Of a stretch of DNA of 64,000 nucleotides, positions 60,241 to 64,000 are shown piece by piece. The DNA lies in NCBI GenBank assembly GCA_002811645.1, contig PDIP01000043.1, positions 95,289 through 159,288 of the forward strand, written 5' to 3'. The notes under the pieces were generated by a model. That model saw nothing but the letters and a program-made list of their open reading frames with translations, was not told the origin of the DNA and ran no database searches. A program made the position numbers and the translations under genes. Source of the stretch: Corallochytrium limacisporum Hawaii (lineage: Eukaryota; Protista; Pluriformea). Each line of letters begins with the position of its first letter. Position 1 is the first letter of the stretch.

Positions 60241-61249
60241 TGGCGAGTCGTTCCCCGTAGAACGTGCCATTTTCAGTGAAGGATCAACAGCTAGAACCGA
60301 TGGGTTCCTCGATGCATACGAAATTGCAAAGGAGGGGGGGTCCAGGGGGGGGGGTGTTGAGTGGTGATCACGATGGTAGCGCGCGTTCGAGCTTCAATCC
60401 GCGAATTCAGGACTCTGCAGGTATTCTGATATCGGGCAGGGCACATGTGAGCCGCTCTGTCTTATTGTACCCGTGTGGTGTGGTGTGTCCTCTGTTTGTT
60501 GTGTCTTTGGCCGGTTGGATGGAAACGGACCACCACAATGTGTCGAGTGCGGTAGGGAAGTTTTCTGTGTGGAGAATTTACATAGAATTTGAATCCCCAT
60601 TTTCAGAAGCACTAGATAAGTAAGCGGGCAAAGAAAAAAGGTGTGGTTTTGGAGAGTCGGGATAAAAGAGAAAAAACGGATGAAAATGTGCTCCCTCGTT
60701 TTCTATGGAATCGATATAGAAGAGATGGACGGCCGGGACAAAGTAGAGAAACGCACCACCACCGAGCGAGCCTCCACCCCTCACAATCCCCTCTTACGCA
60801 GCGGGCGCAAGCAGCTCGAGCCTTAACGCCGTTGCCTAACAAACAAAAAAAGTCAAATTCTCCTTGGATCCTCGAAATCTCTCACTCTTTGCGCGAGCCG
60901 AAGTCCTGCCTTTCACGGGTGGGTGGGAGGGGGCTTGCTGAAGAAGATGCTCCCCGTTCGCTGTAAAGGAATTTGCGGCATTGGAAAAAGGAGGGTTTTT
61001 TTTTGTTTTGGAAGACAGTATGGCGGCAGTAGACGAATTCCTCATCTCCCACTTAAAGATTCCAACCCCTTCCCAGGATAGCCCCCCATTTCTTCTCATT
61101 CTTTGTTGCCTTTTCTTCACACTGAAACCCTTTTGAGAATCGACTGGGCAACCGGCCACCACCGATTCTTCCTCGCGAGGTACAATTACCATTTTATTAA
61201 AGCGGGAAGAGAGATGTTCCTTGCCGAAACCTCTACTCCGTCCATAGAC

Positions 61250-61480
61250 GATTGATCCGATGGTAGAAAAAATGCCGTTTAGTTTGTGGTAAATTTTGCC
61301 GTTTGTGGGCGGAATTCTTGAAGAGGACATCTTAAGATGGTCCACAGCGATACGGACCCAAAATTCATAGGGTAGAAACGAAGCGCGCCCAAACGGCAAT
61401 CAGGCGCATGGAAGCAGCAAAGCCGGTGCCGGAGATCTGTCCTTCCGGCTCGAGCAGCAGTTACTTTATCGTATCCCAGC
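61250..61480 (-). pseudogene. class A GPCR-like remnant (TM3)
   Basis: DCRLGAL...NFGSVSLWTI, an opsin-like TM3 pattern; the same bases read RIAVDHL in another frame. Confidence 0.35.
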
Positions 61481-61539
61481 ATATGGGAAGCCTTCGCCTA
61501 CACGGTCCGGTGTCACTTTCGGCAAGCAAAAAGACATGA

Positions 61540-62280
61540 CGCTTCGCTCTGCCCGATGTCGCTGCACGGCGCTTGTTACCGCAGTGCTTGTAGAGAACAC
61601 AAAACTCCGCACCAGCAACATATAAATGCCTTAAACTCGTATCCAGATTGCACGCAGGAACTAAAGGCTCAAGAGTTACGTTCTAGCTTTAATCATTGTC
61701 GATCACAATTTCGAAACTGTCATCATCGTCCCGCCTGATAGACACCGTTTGCATCGGAGTGGGGGCGCTTACACGCTTTGCCATGGTAGATGCATGGACC
61801 GAAGAACCATCATTATCAACTTTGGGTGTGATGTGATGATGTGTCTTTGTTGTTTCAATCATACACACCGTCCATTGAACAATATCTTGCACGGTGCAAA
61901 CCACATTCGACATCCATGGCGATGATGTGGTCGAGTTTGATGAAGAATGGACGATGATTATCAATAGCCACAAGCTGTTTGTGGTAGGGTACACGGCCGG
62001 TAGCAGTCTAGCTGTCAACGCAATCATTCACCAAAGAGCTTGTACCTCCCGGACATGCTACAACATCGAGAAAGTCTGTACTAGAACGGCATAACTTGCA
62101 AAGGCGAGCTTGCGCGCAAGACGTCCCAGAGGGATGGTACCTGAGACGAAGTGATCGGTGTGGAACTTGGACTGATCAACTGCCCGTGACCTCTCATCAA
62201 GCACCTCGTGTAGTCTCCCCAATGTAATCCACACTGTCGTGCGTGGCAAAATTTCGGCTCAAAAAGTCTGAGGAGAGTGT
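61540..62280 (+). pseudogene. class A GPCR-like pseudogene (TM1-TM7)
   Basis: ALVTAVLVENTKLRTSN (61569), YVLALIIVDH (61677), VCIGVGALT, LFVVGY, IGVELGLINCP*PL and QCNPHCRAW (62220) in order. Confidence 0.55.
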
Positions 62281-62489
62281 AACCGGTTCAGTACCCACCG
62301 TATCGTTTTTATGTGCACTGTTCCCATGGAAGTAGCAGGGTCTTCGGTTGTGTGCACACGGAAGCGAAGCGCGCCCGGACGGCCCGACAAAAGATTTAAG
62401 TCAGACACTGGAGAGTGAAATGAAATATGTATTCGTACGGCTAGCTGTACTCAGAATATGTCAGTCCGCGTACCCATCAACATCGATCG

Positions 62490-63340
62490 AGTGGTGCCCA
62501 GTCGGGGTGTGGGGTGCCTAAAAGAAGACAAAAAATTGGCGGCGGAAGATATAAACTTGTACGGAACACCAACAGAAAGGAAACTTTGTACAAACGTTCG
62601 TAGTAAAACTTTTAACGCATACATTTAGTATTGTCAAGCAGAATCACGAAGGTTCGCATATAGACAGGATGATCGAAACCTCATAGGGGAACCCACTGAG
62701 GTCACATGGTCCACTTTTCCCATCTGACAGTGGAATTGGATCGAAGCAGACCAGGGCAGTGAGAGACATTCCCCTGTCTTGCGCCAACTATTGTCAAAAC
62801 ACGATGGCTTGCGACCACAGAGTTTCCTGACCCTGTGCCCACACTGTCTCTACCTGCGCTGTAGGAACATAGAAAACATTCCACAATAAATCAAACCCAG
62901 CTGTGGGACATGAAATTCTATTTGGGCATCCACATTCCATTCAATACCCATAGTCAGCCAATACAAAAATGTGGAGTACCCGGAAACTTCCCGACTGTGG
63001 CCATGGCATCAATTCTCTTGAAAGAATACGGACGACAACTCGTGCAGGCCGTTAGCAGCCAGAGTTCCCAACTCACCACACTGGAAATCGTAAAATTTGA
63101 CGTCTTTTTCCGCAATCCTCAAACTCAGCAATGGGTACAGTATAATGGTGTGAGAGCCACTGAAGTAAGCGTGTCAGCTGAGTGGAGAGTTTAAGCTTGA
63201 GGACAAATGCACAGATGCCTTTCTTTTGTCCCTTTCATACCAATGTTCGATCGATTGCACTAGATGGTGGCCTGGGTGCTGACTGTCCTCTTGAAGAACG
63301 CAGAACACAACTGCTGACAGGAGCAGCTGGTATGAGGAGG
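62490..63340 (+). pseudogene. class A GPCR-like pseudogene (ICL1-TM6)
   Basis: DKKL...INLY, then in one frame with stops: FSHLTVELDR, PTIVKTR, TLSLPAL, FPTVAMASILLKEYGR and AEWRV...CLSFVPF. Confidence 0.55.
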
Positions 63341-63439
63341 ACAGCGGACGAAACGCGCGTAAAACCCACAAGAAGGAAAAAAGCGAGTGGCAGTATTGAA
63401 AAATTCATACCGGTAGTGAATTAGGAGGGGATAACGCAA

Positions 63440-63660
63440 AAAGCGAAGATTCTTAGTCGGAGTATTGAATGAGGTGGCACTGCACGTCCTTGAAGACGGT
63501 AAACCTGACAAAAAAATTGACGGGTGCCCAACATGCACCAGTATGATGGATTGTTGCACACCTTTACGCGTTGACAGTCGCCTCCGCCGTGAAAAAAATT
63601 TAGTCACGGCAATCGAGGACATGCACCAGTGAGAAAATGTCATAGTCTTGAAACACACTT
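63440..63660 (-). pseudogene. class A GPCR-like remnant (TM3-TM4)
   Basis: SHWCMSSIAVTKFF...RKGVQQSIILV...SIFLSGLP. Confidence 0.4.
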
Positions 63661-64000
63661 CTCACACACTGGCACTCCTTTATCAGCTCAGGTCTTGAAA
63701 CCTTGATCCGGCCTTCGCACACGCATTCGTGTTGTGTCTCTAAGAAATCAAAACACCCAAGTCGAGCATGCGCCACTGATGCCCCTCTTTTGACCTTTCT
63801 TTCTTCCCCTTTTTCTCCTCGGCTCATCTGTTCCTTCCATCTTTACTACGACTTGTCGATACCACCCTCTGTCTGGGAATATTGTATCAAATCTACTCTT
63901 TTTGATTTAGCTCTGCCGTCGCTTGGGAGAGCGGGAAAATTTTGACAGATTCGAACTCAGCACCCTCGAATGTATAACTGTGCCAATCTTTAGCTCCGTA

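Noticed and set aside
58690-60330. Reading as a split SF2 (A18/UvsW-like) helicase pseudogene or endogenous viral element (DILELFINSL, YGAT, YIDGES, AYEIAKEG)
   Set aside because: No Walker A or DExH motif, and the same DNA fits TM5/TM6 (AYTRL, CWIAAY) in a single frame better. It shows how easily by-eye matching can mislead and is not fully excluded without an HMM search.
62700-63300. hAT transposase remnant suggested by VKTRW and IPF
   Set aside because: No TIRs, CxxH or dimerisation motif in order, whereas the frame carries LDR, LSLP, P..Y and FVPF at receptor-like spacing.
36370-63340. Alternative genetic code or A-to-I editing rescuing the GPCR-like fragments
   Set aside because: The fragments carry frameshifts, large deletions and all three stop types, and the real genes end in TAA, TAG and TGA normally.

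Overview
Gene-dense, apparently intron-free eukaryotic DNA with about 27 single-exon protein-coding genes and two assembly gaps. Animal-like genes (RFX, TBL1, SIK/MARK-type kinase, EDC3, CCP2/3-type carboxypeptidase, APC13) sit beside fungal-like genes (Vac8-like, OCA-family phosphatase, WrbA/Pst2-type oxidoreductase). This mix suggests an intron-poor unicellular holozoan such as a Corallochytrium-like organism; that is an inference, not an identification. The main unexpected signal is in the spacers. Nearly every intergenic interval, and almost all of 57.4-64 kb, translates with stops and frameshifts into ordered fragments of rhodopsin-class (class A, 7tm_1-like) GPCR motifs. I count roughly 30 candidate remnants on both strands and no intact copy. 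All family assignments come from by-eye motif recognition and need profile-HMM confirmation against shuffled controls. Smaller oddities are a Tudor-less SPF30, a SIK3-like kinase with a KA1 tail, a stand-alone BRCT protein with a mitochondrial-type leader, an N-acylation motif on WrbA but not on the adjacent Vac8-like gene, and a divergent CENP-I-like ORF.
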